DNA of 64,000 bases from Takakia lepidozioides (taxonomy: Eukaryota > Plantae > Bryophyta): contig CM060732.1 in assembly GCA_030704615.1 (NCBI GenBank), positions 5,580,001 to 5,644,000 of the forward strand, read 5' to 3'. A model generated the notes under the pieces. It was not told where the DNA came from. It saw only the letters and a list, made by a program, of their open reading frames with translations, and searched no databases. Below, piece after piece: positions 1 through 12,960 of this stretch; the stretch's first letter is position 1; every line of letters begins with the position of its first letter. A program made the position numbers and the translations under genes.

Positions 1-7
1 GATCCCT

Positions 8-115
8 GCAACCAGTCCATCCTCAAACATGGTGAAACAATGGATTGGATCTTAATCGGATGGACAGCTTTAAGCAACCAGTTCATCCTCAAACATGGTG
101 AAACAGTGGATTGGA
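8..115. repeat. Two-copy direct repeat, 66-bp period
   Basis: gcaaccagt(c/t)catcctcaaacatggtgaaaca(a/g)tggattgga at 8 and 74. Confidence 0.8.
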
Positions 116-151
116 GATCTTAGTCAGATGGACAATTTTCAGCAAACAATT

Positions 152-1271
152 TTACTTGCATGTAAGTTCTTGAAACTGCAGTAAATTGTTCTCTAGAACT
201 TCCACAGGTTGTGAAGAGGTAATACCTTCCCTCAAGACTCCCAATTTTCGTTTCCAGGCCTCTTTGTCGCTTGTAGATGCATTGACAGGAGGCTTTGGAA
301 TGTGAAGAATGCGATATAGTTCTTCTTTCGCCAAGCGTGTGAAATGGCCTCGGGTCATGCGGATATGAGCCATAGCATGTCGTCTCAAACCAGCTTCCGT
401 GGTGTTTTGTGGTCCCCACTCAAGGTTCATTAAATCGCGCACAGTGGTATCATCTTCGTGAACATGATAGGCAGTTAGGATCGCTTCTTTTACCTTTCCT
501 TCATCCGGAAAAAATGTACTCACAGAGCTGTCTTTTCCTAGAAGGAGCTCTCTGGTAATCAGAGGCATCTTCACCTACAACAGAGAATAGGAAATTGACG
601 GAAACCTCTCAGAAACCATTTGAATGAGGTCTGAAATTGAACAAACAAAACCTTGACGCAATCCAACTTGAGGTCTAGGTTACAACCTTTACGGAATCCC
701 ACTTCACACAAGCTGGCTTTTCAGCCCCATTCTTCAAAGACAGGTGCAGACTCTCAGTCAAGCTTCCAATTTGCTTCTTGAAAGCTGCGTTATCATTTCG
801 AAGCTTTTTGAGGAGAAGACGCTCCCGAGCTCTCAGACCTTCTGCTGCTGTGTGTTGGCCTTCTGCTGTGTGTTGGTGGATCCTCCTTTCTGATGAATTG
901 GTGTGCTGTTGGCTCGTTCCTTCTGCAGCGTGAAGTCCCCGACTCCCTCCGTCTCCTCCTTCTCTTACTTCTCTTGCTGGGAGTTGTCGACTTTGGTCAC
1001 GGCTTGGGCTTCTACTGCTATCTTCAGCACGGGGAGGCTGCTGACGAACAGAAATGCCACCTGCACAACCAAGACCAGAAACTCCACCTGTATGTTCGGG
1101 GCGTGCATGATTTGTTCTAACACCTACATCATGGCCGACAGAGCTTGCAGGCACATTTATGTAAGGTGTGGCAATCACTCTGTTTCTTCTTGATCTGTAG
1201 AGTACCCGATCCCTTGTCATTTTTCTGCAATCTGCCCCTCTGCACTTGTCACACTTTGAAGAACATCCCAA
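152..1271 (-). CDS. Unknown spliced ORF (Cys-rich start, low-complexity and coiled-coil region), possibly an accessory gene of the neighbouring Plavaka-like element
   Basis: ORFs 675-1271 and 152-574 can be joined through a GT..AG intron (WDSVK|gttgta ... tgtag|VKMPL); no recognisable domain. Confidence 0.35.
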
Positions 1272-2128
1272 GGCACCTACACTGAGGCATCTCTAAAATG
1301 CATGCGACTTATCTGTGTCTTCCATTTCTTCAGCTCGTAAGTCTCCTTCCATTTCGTCGTCTCCACTCTTCCCCGCCCCCGCCATTGCATCAACCCGCCC
1401 ATGGGATGGATGGATGGAGGAATGGATGAATGGGGGTATAAGGCTTCTTTATAGGGCTACTACCATCCAAGGAAATGAAGATTTTTTAATGTGGGGGTGA
1501 CAGACGTCTTTCCATCAGGTTTTTCAGCAGATGCGTGTCTTTAGCGACGGTCTTCCTCACCAGGTATTTGGCTGTCACCCAGACTTGGAGGTCTCTCGAA
1601 ATCTCTGCTCGCTGTGTAGAACTACGCACCTATCGCTCTCTCGCACCTCAAATCGGACACCGTCACACTCTCACTTCTTTGTGGAACCCTCGCATTCTTG
1701 TGGCACTATTGCTCTGCCTCTACTTGAAGCTTTTGCAAGGTGGGTATAGTGGGAGCCGGCTGCTGCTGGGAGCAGGTGAGCTGTGGGTTATGATGTATCG
1801 GGGAGAGTGGTGCGGGGACGGATTCTTGTAGAGTGGAGTGGCGTGGGCCAAGATTTTGCATTGCATCTCGAGCTCGATCCTGGAGCCCTCTCAATGCTTG
1901 GACCAGCACGATGGTCTCTTCGCCTTGGGGTATGTAAATGTCGTCTTCTCTCTACCCCTTGTCTATAGTGTCTGGTTGTGTAATCTCGTTGTGTGTCCTG
2001 TGGAAGTAGTCCTTCTCTCCGTTGCAAATCTGCAAATTTGGGCAAAGTCTAGTTGATCAAACACAAAACAAATCTCTACGCTATAATGTATTTTTGACCT
2101 AATGGTTAGCTAATTGATCTCTCCTAGA

Positions 2129-3698
2129 TTATACCTTCACTGGATGCAAAGAATATTTTTTGGAGAGCTCATTGGCCGCCTTCTTTGATTTTGTAAGCAT
2201 GTCATCCACAATGCTTTTCATTGTAGCTTCTGTTCGATAAGGAAACTTCTCTCCAATGCTTTTTAATTTGTCTTTTGGGCATAGACACATGTTGCAGGGA
2301 AATTGACACAGGTTTGTGTCATATGTGGCAGTAACCTGCAAAAGAGAGAAAAAGATTCAAATATGTATATTAAAGTGGATGGTCACAAACGTAGGCATAT
2401 ATAAGTGGAAATTCCCACTGTTCTTCACCAAAAGGGTCTAACAAAGGTAGACCACTGCAACCAACAAACAAGATAAAATCATTCTTAGTCCAATCCATGT
2501 CTCCTTTAAGTCCTAACCTTCACTTTACACCTATTTGATCCAAAAAGACAATTGAGCTAATGAAAAGGTTTCGAACCTGTAACTGGCCTTCTTCAATGGT
2601 TCCAGGATGTGTCCGAGACACTCATGAAAAATTTGCAGTCTTCGTTCATGGGATACATCAGGCGTTGATAGAACAGGTAAAACAGCAAGCAACAAATGCC
2701 CTTCATCTAACCCTCTATCCTCGCAGGCAATGTTCCCAATTGTCATCACTTAGGGATAACCAGTCACCCTTCCATCATTAGAGAGGGTTGTTTGGTCGCT
2801 GTAGAAGATCAAAGGAGCTATTACTCCTCCAGGATTATATGGTGCTGCATCAAAAATACATAAAATATGAGAATAAATTAGCCTCTTACTTTTCAAAAGA
2901 ACAAGCATCAAGTCCATGCATCGAGTCATCCCATGAATGTAGAACAATTTTTGGCATCAAAAAATCTAATTTACAATTCCAGACCTCCAAAATTGCAGAT
3001 GAACGTACTTGCATGGCATCCCACCATAGAGCAGTGTTTGGGGTAGAAAACTTGGAACCAGCTTCATTGGGTTCCATGAGTGGAACCATTTGAAAACCAT
3101 CTGCAATTTTGGGGGACGAAAACAAAGATGCCAAACCCTCGATAGGATCTCGGTAGTGCATAACCCGACCAATATCTCCGTCCTCAATATGAACCACATG
3201 CTCAAACCAGCCATCTTCTTTTTTAAAGAGTCTCCCCTCATATTTGTCAACATCAGCTGCAGACCTTAGAGTAATTTCTTCCAATTTGAATGAAGGATGA
3301 AACAAAACCTCACTAAAAAGTAGATTTATATCTTTGTTTGACAATCCAATCTTGTTTTTCCAATTTCTAATCCAATGCACAAGAGAGAATGTAGACTCAT
3401 AATGGGGAATGGGATCTTCCTCAATGGGGGGTGAACAAAAATCAAGCTCTACTGGAAGGCCCTCAATATTAGAAGGTTGGTCAAGTAGTGTGAAAGGATT
3501 CTGAACACTTGGGGAGTCAACAAGAGGTGTAGGAGCTGGCCTCTTCTCTCTCAGCTCATGTGATCTACAAGCTACACTTTTCTGGTGTGCTAGAAGTGCA
3601 GATTTGTGAGCAAAGTTGATAGCTCCACATCGGGAGCAGTTGAAAGGCCCACTATCCATTACATTCCCGCATTTGGCATCACCAAGGGAAATCTCCAA
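2129..3698 (-). mobile_element. Plavaka-like transposase, intron-containing, C-terminally truncated
   Basis: N-terminal Zn finger (CSRC..HKSALLAHQKSVAC), then HYRDPIEGLASLF, TPNTALWWDAMQ, IAPLIFYSDQTTL..GYP*VMTIGNI, LLAVLP, RRLQIFHECLGHILEPLKKAS, PCNMCLCPKDKL. This motif order matches Plavaka transposases. In-frame stop at 2750; no downstream exons recognisable. Confidence 0.7.
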
Positions 3699-6163
3699 AA
3701 TGGTACAGAATGGACTTATGCAATAGTGAGAGGTTCAACAAAATGTGGACAGACTCTTCAGTTGTCTATGCCCACATACTGTAGTCATATGCCCACAAGT
3801 GCCATGAGAGATCTTGTGGACTCCCTCTTGACCTCTTTGAGAAGCAGTGGTGACGTTGGAGGTGCCTAGTTCAATCAATTTCTGGCTGCCAATCAGGCTC
3901 TTCAGTACCAGTTGGGTCTTCAGGCAGCTCAGCCTGAACATCCAGCAGAGAGCATGTAGTTAACTGCTCTACTGACTCCTTAACACGTCAATCTTTTCAG
4001 TAATCCAAATTGCATTGCACGAAAGAGGAGCAAGTGTTAAAAAGCTTGTACCTTAAAAACAGTTAAGAATCAATCCTGCTTTGCAATGCAAGAAGCCTGG
4101 CTGGTCTATAGTTTTGTTCCGTATGTATATGAGAGGAGGAACATACCACATAGTGGGTCAGCCTTCTCAGCGGGAACATGCATCACATCACATCAACCTC
4201 TGATGTTGCCCCATTAAGGCTTCCAGTTCCAGCATTTGCCATCTCCAAGGCAAGAGAAGCTCTTTGCAAGAGAACTCTGACAACAGACCCAAAGGAGAGA
4301 GAACAGACTTGTCAGAGAACAGCACATAAGCACACAAAGAAACTGAACAACCTTAACTGCAGCCCTGTTCGTAGAGAGTCAATTGGAGAGTTTTTTGAGA
4401 CATTTCAACAAGTTCTTGAAGAGCAGAGGCCGACTGATATGACTTCCAACTTTATAAGTTCCCAACAGAGGGTGTAACCTAATGAGTTTCTGTCAACTTC
4501 CCAGGAAGGTAACCCGATGACTAAACCAGGAGTCGCCCTATTCAACCAGGGTAAAGAAACAAAGGAAGGGCCTCCAAAGCTGCCCATTGGGGCAACGTGA
4601 ATGAGCACATGTCTTCCACAGTTCCTCTCTAGCACACAGATAGTGCAGTGTCCCTGGCTCAGCCACATGTCACATCTGTGTATGATATCATACACCCTAC
4701 ATCACTAGTAGTGCTGCAATACATGGTATGTTTTCTTCATGTGAGCCCTGAATTCAGCACTAGCATTCTGTAACTCGAGTATCATCGGCTGTGTGCAGGC
4801 ATTATAGCAATACATCAATTACCGGGCCTGGTTTGTTGAGACTCCCGGCCATCTCCAAGCCTTGGCATACCCTTGGAGGGGCATGTAGTCCAAGGGCAAC
4901 AAGGGTATGCCTAAGCCAGCATTTCAGAGCGAACTCTCAATGAGTATTTTTCCTCTCTTGCCCCTTTCCAATTACTCCCAAGCTGCTAAAGCTGAACATT
5001 ATGAACAGACAGGATCCATCTGATCCATAGTGAAGCCAATGCCACTAATGAAATTACCGTTACTGCTGACCGCAAAGATGGCCCTGGGTTTGTAATCTAC
5101 ATAGTAGCCAAACCAGCCAGGAACTTTTGAGGTGCGGTTCAGAGAGCAGAGAAGTCCAGCAAATCGGGAGATCACCAATCACAGTATTCCAGCCAAGAGC
5201 CACCTGTCTGCTAGAAAACATACTTCTGATTGTTTTGAGATCAGAGTTATCTGTTTGCTTTCTGGCAAACCTAATCCTGTTCCCCCCATTGAGCTACCTC
5301 ACTACATTCGTTCATTTTGTTGGTTCCTGTTGGCTCCCTTAAAGTTGCTGCAGTTTGACCCTGGCGAATGGTCTTGGTTGAATAAGGAGATTGAGCAGCT
5401 GTTTCAGCCAAAACAAAGGAGTCTGAGGCATCATCCCAAAAATGCAGGAGGTGCGCCAGATCTGCAACTTCCCATTCCGCCCAACGCTTAGAACAAGTAA
5501 TCAAAGCATCAGAGTCACAATTAAAATTACCAAACAAGGGTTGTCTCATAACTTCACTGAATGAGGAGGGGATAGAAAGGGGCAGAGCTTGCACCATGCC
5601 AACCAGATAGACTGCCAGGCCTTCGAACCCAACCCTAGGTTCACGTTGGAGTTGCCTCCTTGCACAGTCCACCTCAAAGAATTAGGCCACTTCGAGCTGG
5701 TTCAGGGCGTTGCAGCCAGCAGGTGATTACGAACCAGACGACTCCAGGGGTTGGAGAGGTGAGTTAAGACTCTGGGGACCCATTTAGCCAGAAGCACAGT
5801 GATATGCATTTGCGGATCCAAAACCCCAAATCCTCCATTCTTCTTGCTTTGACATAGCTGGTCCCAGCTGACCACTACAACAGATGAGCGTTTTTAGGAC
5901 TACGAATTTGGCGGAGTCATAAAAACGGCACTAGATATACGACTACAGAGCGCTGAAAGGCGTTGCAGTCATAGTTTTATCACTTTGCAGTAATGGATAT
6001 CACTACATGACTCCGGAAAGTTAGGGAGCATTGGTCAAGCATTGTTGACCATGATGACAGGGTTGGTTTTATGACTAGTGTGATATGTTTGACTACACGT
6101 GGACGACGTTTCATGGAATCTTGTGACTCCATGACTGAAGATGGTTTTACAACTCTATTTATA

Positions 6164-6376
6164 GACTACATCCCTACACGTGTCATTTTGAAAGCTCATA
6201 CACGAATGTATTCATCCATTGGATGAGTTTATCCATCGATGACATGGCATGTAAACTTATGAGTCCCTTGCTGCAAATTGTTTCATAACTCTATATATAT
6301 GACTACATCACTATACGTGTCATTTAAATGCATATACATTAATGAATTCATCCAATGGATGGGTTTATCCATCCGC
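6164..6376. repeat. Diverged direct duplication (~137-bp period) with palindromic ttcatcca(t/a)tggatg cores; possible TE subterminal region
   Basis: gactacatc..cgtgtcattt..ttcatccattggatga..ttatccatc at 6164 and 6301. Confidence 0.5.
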
Positions 6377-6649
6377 CTATACGGTGTGTCGATTTGATAT
6401 CTGTTCAATAAATTGGACCTGGATGGACGTGGCTTAACAAGCATCGCAAGATATATGAGATTAAAATACGCAATGGTCATGGTTGTACAAGGTTAGATCA
6501 TGTGATGGAAATTATTTTGAATCGTTAGATTTTATAGGATCTAGCGGTCTAGATTGTTTAAGATCTAACGGTTTAAGATTACACCGCTGATCTTTACACC
6601 GGGCTGGGACTTAGGCTTTTTTGTCTCTTGCGTTTCACCATCTTCTATT

Positions 6650-9600
6650 TGATGTTGTGTCATGGAACGCGATGATCGCAGGATATGCAGGGGCGTGGGA
6701 TGGAGGCTTTGCAGACCTTCCTACTCTTGAGCAAATGATGCAGGAAGGAGAAGATGAGGAAGAGAGGAGACGAGGAGAAGATCCCAACATTCTTGCGAGC
6801 TCGCCGTTCTTGGGAGAGTCAGCTTGGTCTTAGCAGGCCGTGTTTCAATCTCTGCCTGCTCAGCTGCACCGTGGTGGTTCGATCTCACATACCAATCCGA
6901 CATTACCTGACTACAGATACAAGCAGCACACACAAGTGGTCCTTTTGGGTTGATGGTCGGTCAAATTCTCCATGGGTCATGACACAAGATAAAGGACAAT
7001 GTGGTGAGGATACCTTCTTCTTTGACCTATTTCAGCCTATTTTGCCCTCTCATCAGACTCGGCCCTGAGATGCATATTGAATTTTGTATATTAGCTCGTT
7101 GGGTGGATCTGTGGTTGTTTAGAGTGACTTTGACAAGTTGCTGCTGATGTGGCAACATGAAAGTATCCAAAAACAGGTAACAGAGATGAGGAGAAGCTTT
7201 GGAATGAACACTTTGCCGACCCCAGTCAATGGAGTGCAAAGGTGAGTGCATGTTGGACTACACTAGAGAGAAGTAGATGCAATTTAGAATTAGAACTACT
7301 GTAATAATTAGGGTTGGGGTTTGCCGGAAGAACTTCACGTCGTCAGTGTCAGCTGCTAGCAGCAAGTATTCATGATTTGTACACAGACAGGGATAGCTGA
7401 AGGACCAGGGATAGAGGTCCAGGTTCATCCAAGAGGGCCGGATTTCAAACACAAGATTAGTTCTGATTCCCTGTGGATCAATAGCTACAAGAAATCTGCT
7501 AATGAGAAAATGGTCTGCTAATGAAGGCACCTTTTTCAACACATTTCACCCTGTTTTTCCCTCTCAACAGAATCGGCCCTAAATTTTCATGTTGAATTCT
7601 GCAAGTTAGTTGGTTGAGTGAACCTGGGATAGTTTGGAGTGACTTTGACATGATACTGCCAATGTGACAATATGAAAGTATCCAAAAGAGGTAACAGAGA
7701 TGAGGAGAAGCTATGGAATGAATACTTTTCTGATCCCAGTCAATGGTGGGACAATCGAGGCAAAAATGTGAATGCATGTCAGATTACCAGATATCATTTT
7801 GAACACTGCCCCTACCTTGGTGGACATGTATGTCAAATGTGGGTGCATCGAGGATGCAAAGGGAGTGTTCAACACTATGGCTGAACGAGATGTGGTGTCA
7901 TGGAGTGGGATGGAGGCTTTGGAGACCTATGAGCAAATTATGAGGGAAGGGGTACTGAAGCCCGACCACATAACGTGTGTGTGTGTTTGCAATGCGTGTG
8001 CAAGCCTGGTAGCCCTGGAAAATGGCAAAAGGTCCATGGTGCATCGTCAAAGCTGCAAATGTACCAGATGTCATTCTGAACACTACCCTAGTGGACAATA
8101 TGTATGCCAAATGTAGGTGTAGCAAGGATGCAAAGGGAGTGTTCAACAACATGGCTGAACAAGATGTGGTGTCTTGGAGTACCATGATGACCACCTTCCC
8201 CGGTGAGTCTCTCTCTCTCTCTCCTCCTCTAATGCCCTCACACTGTCCAGTGGAAATACAGTTAGGCATTAAACCTCCCTAAACTTGTTTTGAATATGTG
8301 ACATGGGCAAGGACCTTAAGGACTATCTCAATGGCCTACCTGCCCTCATCACTAGACTGAAATTTAAACTCGGGGTGGGAAACTACAAGTGCATCCACGA
8401 GCTACCACACTTAACATACATGTTGACAAGGGTGTTGTGTAGAAAAGCATTTAATGCCTTCAATCCACTTAATATAATGTGAGCATATGCACCTGATTTT
8501 CAGTTTGCAGGCCTTTCAGCTTGATGCTCTTATGCTTGAGACAGGGGACTTAGGTATCTGAAAATGCTGAAATTATGCCTAGCTGGTTGAAGTCTGTAGA
8601 GCCTCTTTCAGTTGCAGGATGGGGAAGGCAAGGGGCAAGGAGGCGGGGGAAAAATAGAGTACTGTTCAGTATGACTCTTGGAGCAATTCCAGCTTAAAAT
8701 GTGATGATGTCACCATTGGGGCATGGACCTCTTGGTCATTTATAAGGGACTTGGGAGGGTCAGCATGATCAGCCTGTGTATGAAGGCTGGCAGCCCTGGA
8801 ATTTTATAACCAGATGTCATTCCGAACATCCCCTAGTTCTGGACATATATGCCAATGTCAAGGGAGTGTTCAACACTATGGCTAAACGAGATGTGGTGTC
8901 GTGGAGTGCGATGCTTGCAGGGTATGCACAACAAGGGTGCGGGATGGAGGCTTTGGATACCTATGAGCAAATGATGGGGTAAGGGGTGAAGCTCGACCAC
9001 ATCATTTTAGTGTGTGTTTGCAGTGCGTGTGCAAGCCTGGCAACCTTGGAAAAGGGCAAAGAGGTGCATGGTTGCATCACCAAAGCTGGAATTGTACCAT
9101 ATGTGATTCTGAACAATACCTCGTGGACATGTATGCAGAGGGAGCCTTCAACACTATGGCTGAACGAGATGTGGTGTCGTGGAACGCGATGCCTGCAGGA
9201 TGTGCACAACAAGGGCGCGGGATGGAGGTTTTGGAGATAGGAAAGTATCGAAAAACAATCAACAGAGACGAGGAGAAGCTCTGGAATGAATATGTTTTCG
9301 ACCCTAGTCAATGGTGGAACAATCCAGGCAAAAAGGTGAATTCATGTTGGAAGCAGATGCAAGTCAGCATATGAACTAGTGTGATAAGTAGGGTTGGGGT
9401 ATTTGCTGGAATACTTATAGGCTGTCATTGTTAGCTGCTAGCAGCAAGGCAAGATGTATGCATGATTTGTGCAGAGGCAAGGATAGTTGAAGGAGCAGGA
9501 TAGAGTGTGGGTCCAGATTCATCCAAGAGAGCCGGATTTCAAGCTCCAGATTACCTATGATTCCCTGTGGATCAATAGCTACAACAAACCTGCATGGGTA

Positions 9601-10149
9601 GATGGTCAACTAGAAGCCGCAGCAACAGGGCACAATTGGTAAAATTAGGCACTGCTAATGAAGGCACCTTCTTCAACACATTTCACCATTGTTTTTCCCT
9701 TTTATCAGAATTGGGCCTAAATTTTCATGTTGAATTCTGCAGGTTAGAGTTCCTTTGATAGTTTGGAGTGACTTTGACATGATACTACCAATGTAACAAT
9801 AGGTTGTATCCAGAAACAGGTAACAGAGACGAGGATAAGCTATGGAATGAATACTTTTCTGACCCCAGTCAATGGTGGGGCAATCGAGGCAAAAAGGTGA
9901 ATGCCTGTTGGATTACAGAGAGTAGCAGATGCAATTGAGTATATGAACTAGTGTGATAAGTTGAGTTGGTTGTTTCCTAGAACAAATATAGGCTGTCATT
10001 GTCAGCTGCTAGCAGCAAGACAAGGATTTATGCAGGATTTGTGCAGAGACATGGATAGGTGAAGGAGCAGGGATAGAGTGTGGGTCCGACCCCAGTCAAA
10101 GGTGGAACAATCGAGGCAAAAAGGTGAATGCTTGTTGGAAGTAGACGCA
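6650..10149 (+). pseudogene. Scrambled, partly tandem-duplicated fragments of PLS-class PPR genes carrying OSB-type PDF motifs
   Basis: PPR motifs DVVSWNAMIAGYA, TLVDMYVKCGCIEDAKGVFNTMAERDVVSW, ACASLATLEKGKEVH; PDF motifs EEKLWNEYFSDPSQWWDNRGK, PDFKHKISSDSLWINS (7438-7488), WVDGRSNSPWV; many stops and frameshifts; 7.2-7.8 kb is repeated at 9.3-9.9 kb. Confidence 0.8.
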
Positions 10150-10454
10150 CGTAGAGGTCGGCACGTGTTCGACAGAGAGCATCCCCTGGATGGAGATTCG
10201 GCACCGAATTTCCATCCGGGCACTCCCAAAGGAAGTCGTGTTGGGGGGTCAGACCGAAAACTGGCCGACATAAAAACCTCCCCAGATGGGAAAACGGCGC
10301 CGAATTTCAATCCGGGGCCGTTCCAATGCAGTCGGGGAGGGGGGAGAGGTCGGCACCTGGCCGTCATATTTCAACCCCCGGACGGAAATTCGGCACCGAA
10401 TATCCAACAGAGCGGCGGAGAGGCCGACACCTCTCCGACAGAGACCATCCCCCG

Positions 10455-11500
10455 GATGGAAATTCGGCGCCGAATTTCCATCCAGCAGGTAATTCGAATC
10501 CCCGACGGATGGAAATCCGGCGCCGCATTTCCATCCTGCAGGTAATTCGAATCCCCGACGGATGGAAAATCCGGCGCCGAATTTCCATCCTGCAGGTAAT
10601 TCGAATCCCGAACGGATGGAAATTCGGCGCCGAATTTCCATCCAGCAGATAAGTGGAATCCCGGATGGATGGAAATCCGGCGCCGAATTTCCATCCAGCA
10701 GGTAAGTTGGATCGCTGGCGTATGGATATTCGGCGCCGAATTTCCATTCACCAGGTATTTCATCGCTCAGAATTACCTTCCTGCAGGTAATTCTGATCGA
10801 TAAAGGTAGGAAGGAAGGTAATTCCTCGCTCAGAATTACCTGCACGAAGGTAATTCATCGATCAGAATTACCTGCAGGAAGGTAATTCTGAGCGATGAAA
10901 TACCTGGTGAATGGAAATTCGGCGCCGAATATCCATACGCAAGCGATCCGACTTACCTGCTAGATGGAAATTCGGCGCCGGATTTCCATCCATCGGGGGT
11001 TCGAATTACCTGCAGGATGGAAATTCGGCGCCGGATATCCATCCATCCGGGATTCCACTTACCTGCTGGATGGAAATTCGGCGCCGAATTTCCATCCATC
11101 CGGGATTCGAATTACCTGCAGAATGGAAATGCGGCGCCGGATTTCCATCCATCCGGGATTCCACTTACCTGCTGGATGGAAATTCGGCGCCGGATTTCCA
11201 TCCATCCGGGATTGCACTTACCTGCTGGATGGAAATTCGGCGCCGAATTTCTATCCATCCGGGATTCGAATTACCTGCAGGATGGAAATTCGGCGCCGGA
11301 TTTCCATCCATCCGGGATTCGAATTACCTGCAGGATGGAAATGCGGCGCCGGATTTCCATCCATCCGGGATTCCACTTACCTGCTGGATGGAAATTCGGC
11401 GCCGGATTTCCATCCATCCGCTTCGGAATAACCTGCGTGAGGGAAATTTCACGCGCCGCCCTACCTGCGCGGATGGAAATTCGGCGCCGGATTTCCATCC
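10455..11500. repeat. Tandem array of a 30-bp palindrome (GGATGGAAATTCGGCGCCGAATTTCCATCC), 53-bp period, folded into a large inverted repeat centred at ~10829
   Basis: About 10 consecutive 53-bp units at 10910-11420 (palindrome plus atccgggattc(ga/ca)(a/c)ttacctgc linker); mirror-image units at 10455-10801. Confidence 0.9.
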
Positions 11501-11789
11501 ATCCGCTTCCGAATTACCTGCGTAAGGGAAACTTGACACGCCGCCGCACCGAATTTGAAGCGCCGACTTACCTGGAGGATGGAAATCCGGCGTCGGATTT
11601 ACATCCATCTGCGCTCCGAATTACCTGCATGATGGAAATTTTGCGCTCCGACCTACCTGTGGATGGAAATCCGGCGCCGGATTTCCATCCATCCGCTCTT
11701 CGAATTACCTGCATGACGGAAATTTTGCGCGCCGACTTACCTGGCGGATGGAAATCCGGCGCCAGATTTCCATCCATCTGCTCTTCGAA

Positions 11790-12960
11790 TTACCTGCATG
11801 ACTGGAAAAATGGCGCCGAATTTCCGATTTTGGTGCCAGTCAGATCTGGGACTTAGCCATTTTCGGCCCCGAACTGGAAAAATGGCGCCGAAAAAAAAAA
11901 TAAAAAATGCCATTTTTCGTGTTCGGGGCCCAAAACGGCTAAGTCCCAGATCTGACTGGCACCAAATTCGGAAATTCGGCGCCATTTTTCCAGTCATGGA
12001 GGTAATTCGAAGAGCGGATGGATGGAAATCCGGCGCCGGATTTCCATCCATCCGCGCTCCGAATTACCTGCATGATGGAAATTTTGCGCGCCGACCTACT
12101 CCGGTGCCGGATTTCCATCGATCCGCTCTTCGAATTACCTGCATGACTGGAAAAATGGCGCCGAATTTCCGATTTTGGTGCCAGTCAGATCTGGGACTTA
12201 GCCATTTTCGGCCCCCGAACTGGAAAAATGGCGCCGAAAAAAAATTAAAAAAAAAATGCCATTTTTCGTGCTCGGGGCCCAAAACGGCTAAGTCCCAGAT
12301 CTGACTGGCACCAAAATCGAAAATTCGGCGCCATTTTTCCAGTCATGGAGGTAATTCGAAGAGCGGATGGATGGTAATCCGACGCCGGATTTCCATCCAT
12401 CCCGCGCTCCGAATTACCTGCATGATGGAAATTTTGCGCGCCGACCTACCTGGCGGATGGAAATCCGGCGTAGGATTTCCATCGATCCGCTCTTCGAATT
12501 ACCTGCATGACTGGAAAAATGGCGCCGAATTTCCGATTTTGGTGCCAGTCAGATCTGGGACTTAGCCATTTTCGGCCCCAAAAAAGAAAAATGGCGCCGA
12601 AAAAAAAAAAAAAAAAAAACGCAATTTTTTTAGTTCGGGGCCGAAAACGGCTAAGTCCCAGATCTGACTTGCACCAAAATCGGAAATTCGGCGCCATTTT
12701 TCCAGTCATGGAGGTAATTCGAAGAACGGATGGATGGAAATCCGGCCGAAAAAAAATAAAAAATAAAAATAAAAATACGTCATTTTTCTTGTTTGGGGCT
12801 CAGTCAGATCTGGGACTTAGCCATTTTCGGCCCCGAAAATGGCTAAGTCCCGAGGGTGGCTGGTACCAAAATCGGAAATTCAGCGCCATTTTTCCAGTCA
12901 TGCAGGTAATTCGAAGAGCGGATGGATGGAAATCCGGCGCCGGATTTCCATCCGCCAGGT
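11790..12960. repeat. Higher-order fold-back repeats (ctggaaaaatggcgccgaatttcc / cagtcagatctgggacttagccattttcgg and their inverses) around A-tracts
   Basis: About 3.5 copies of a ~350-bp unit, each an imperfect hairpin with a poly-A loop. Confidence 0.85.

Noticed and set aside
4178-5672. Short ORFs upstream of the Plavaka-like gene
   Set aside because: No recognisable domain or consistent exon structure
10455-11800. CRISPR-like array (palindromic 30-bp repeat plus ~23-bp spacers)
   Set aside because: Spacers are near-identical rather than unique, there are no cas genes, and the context is eukaryotic
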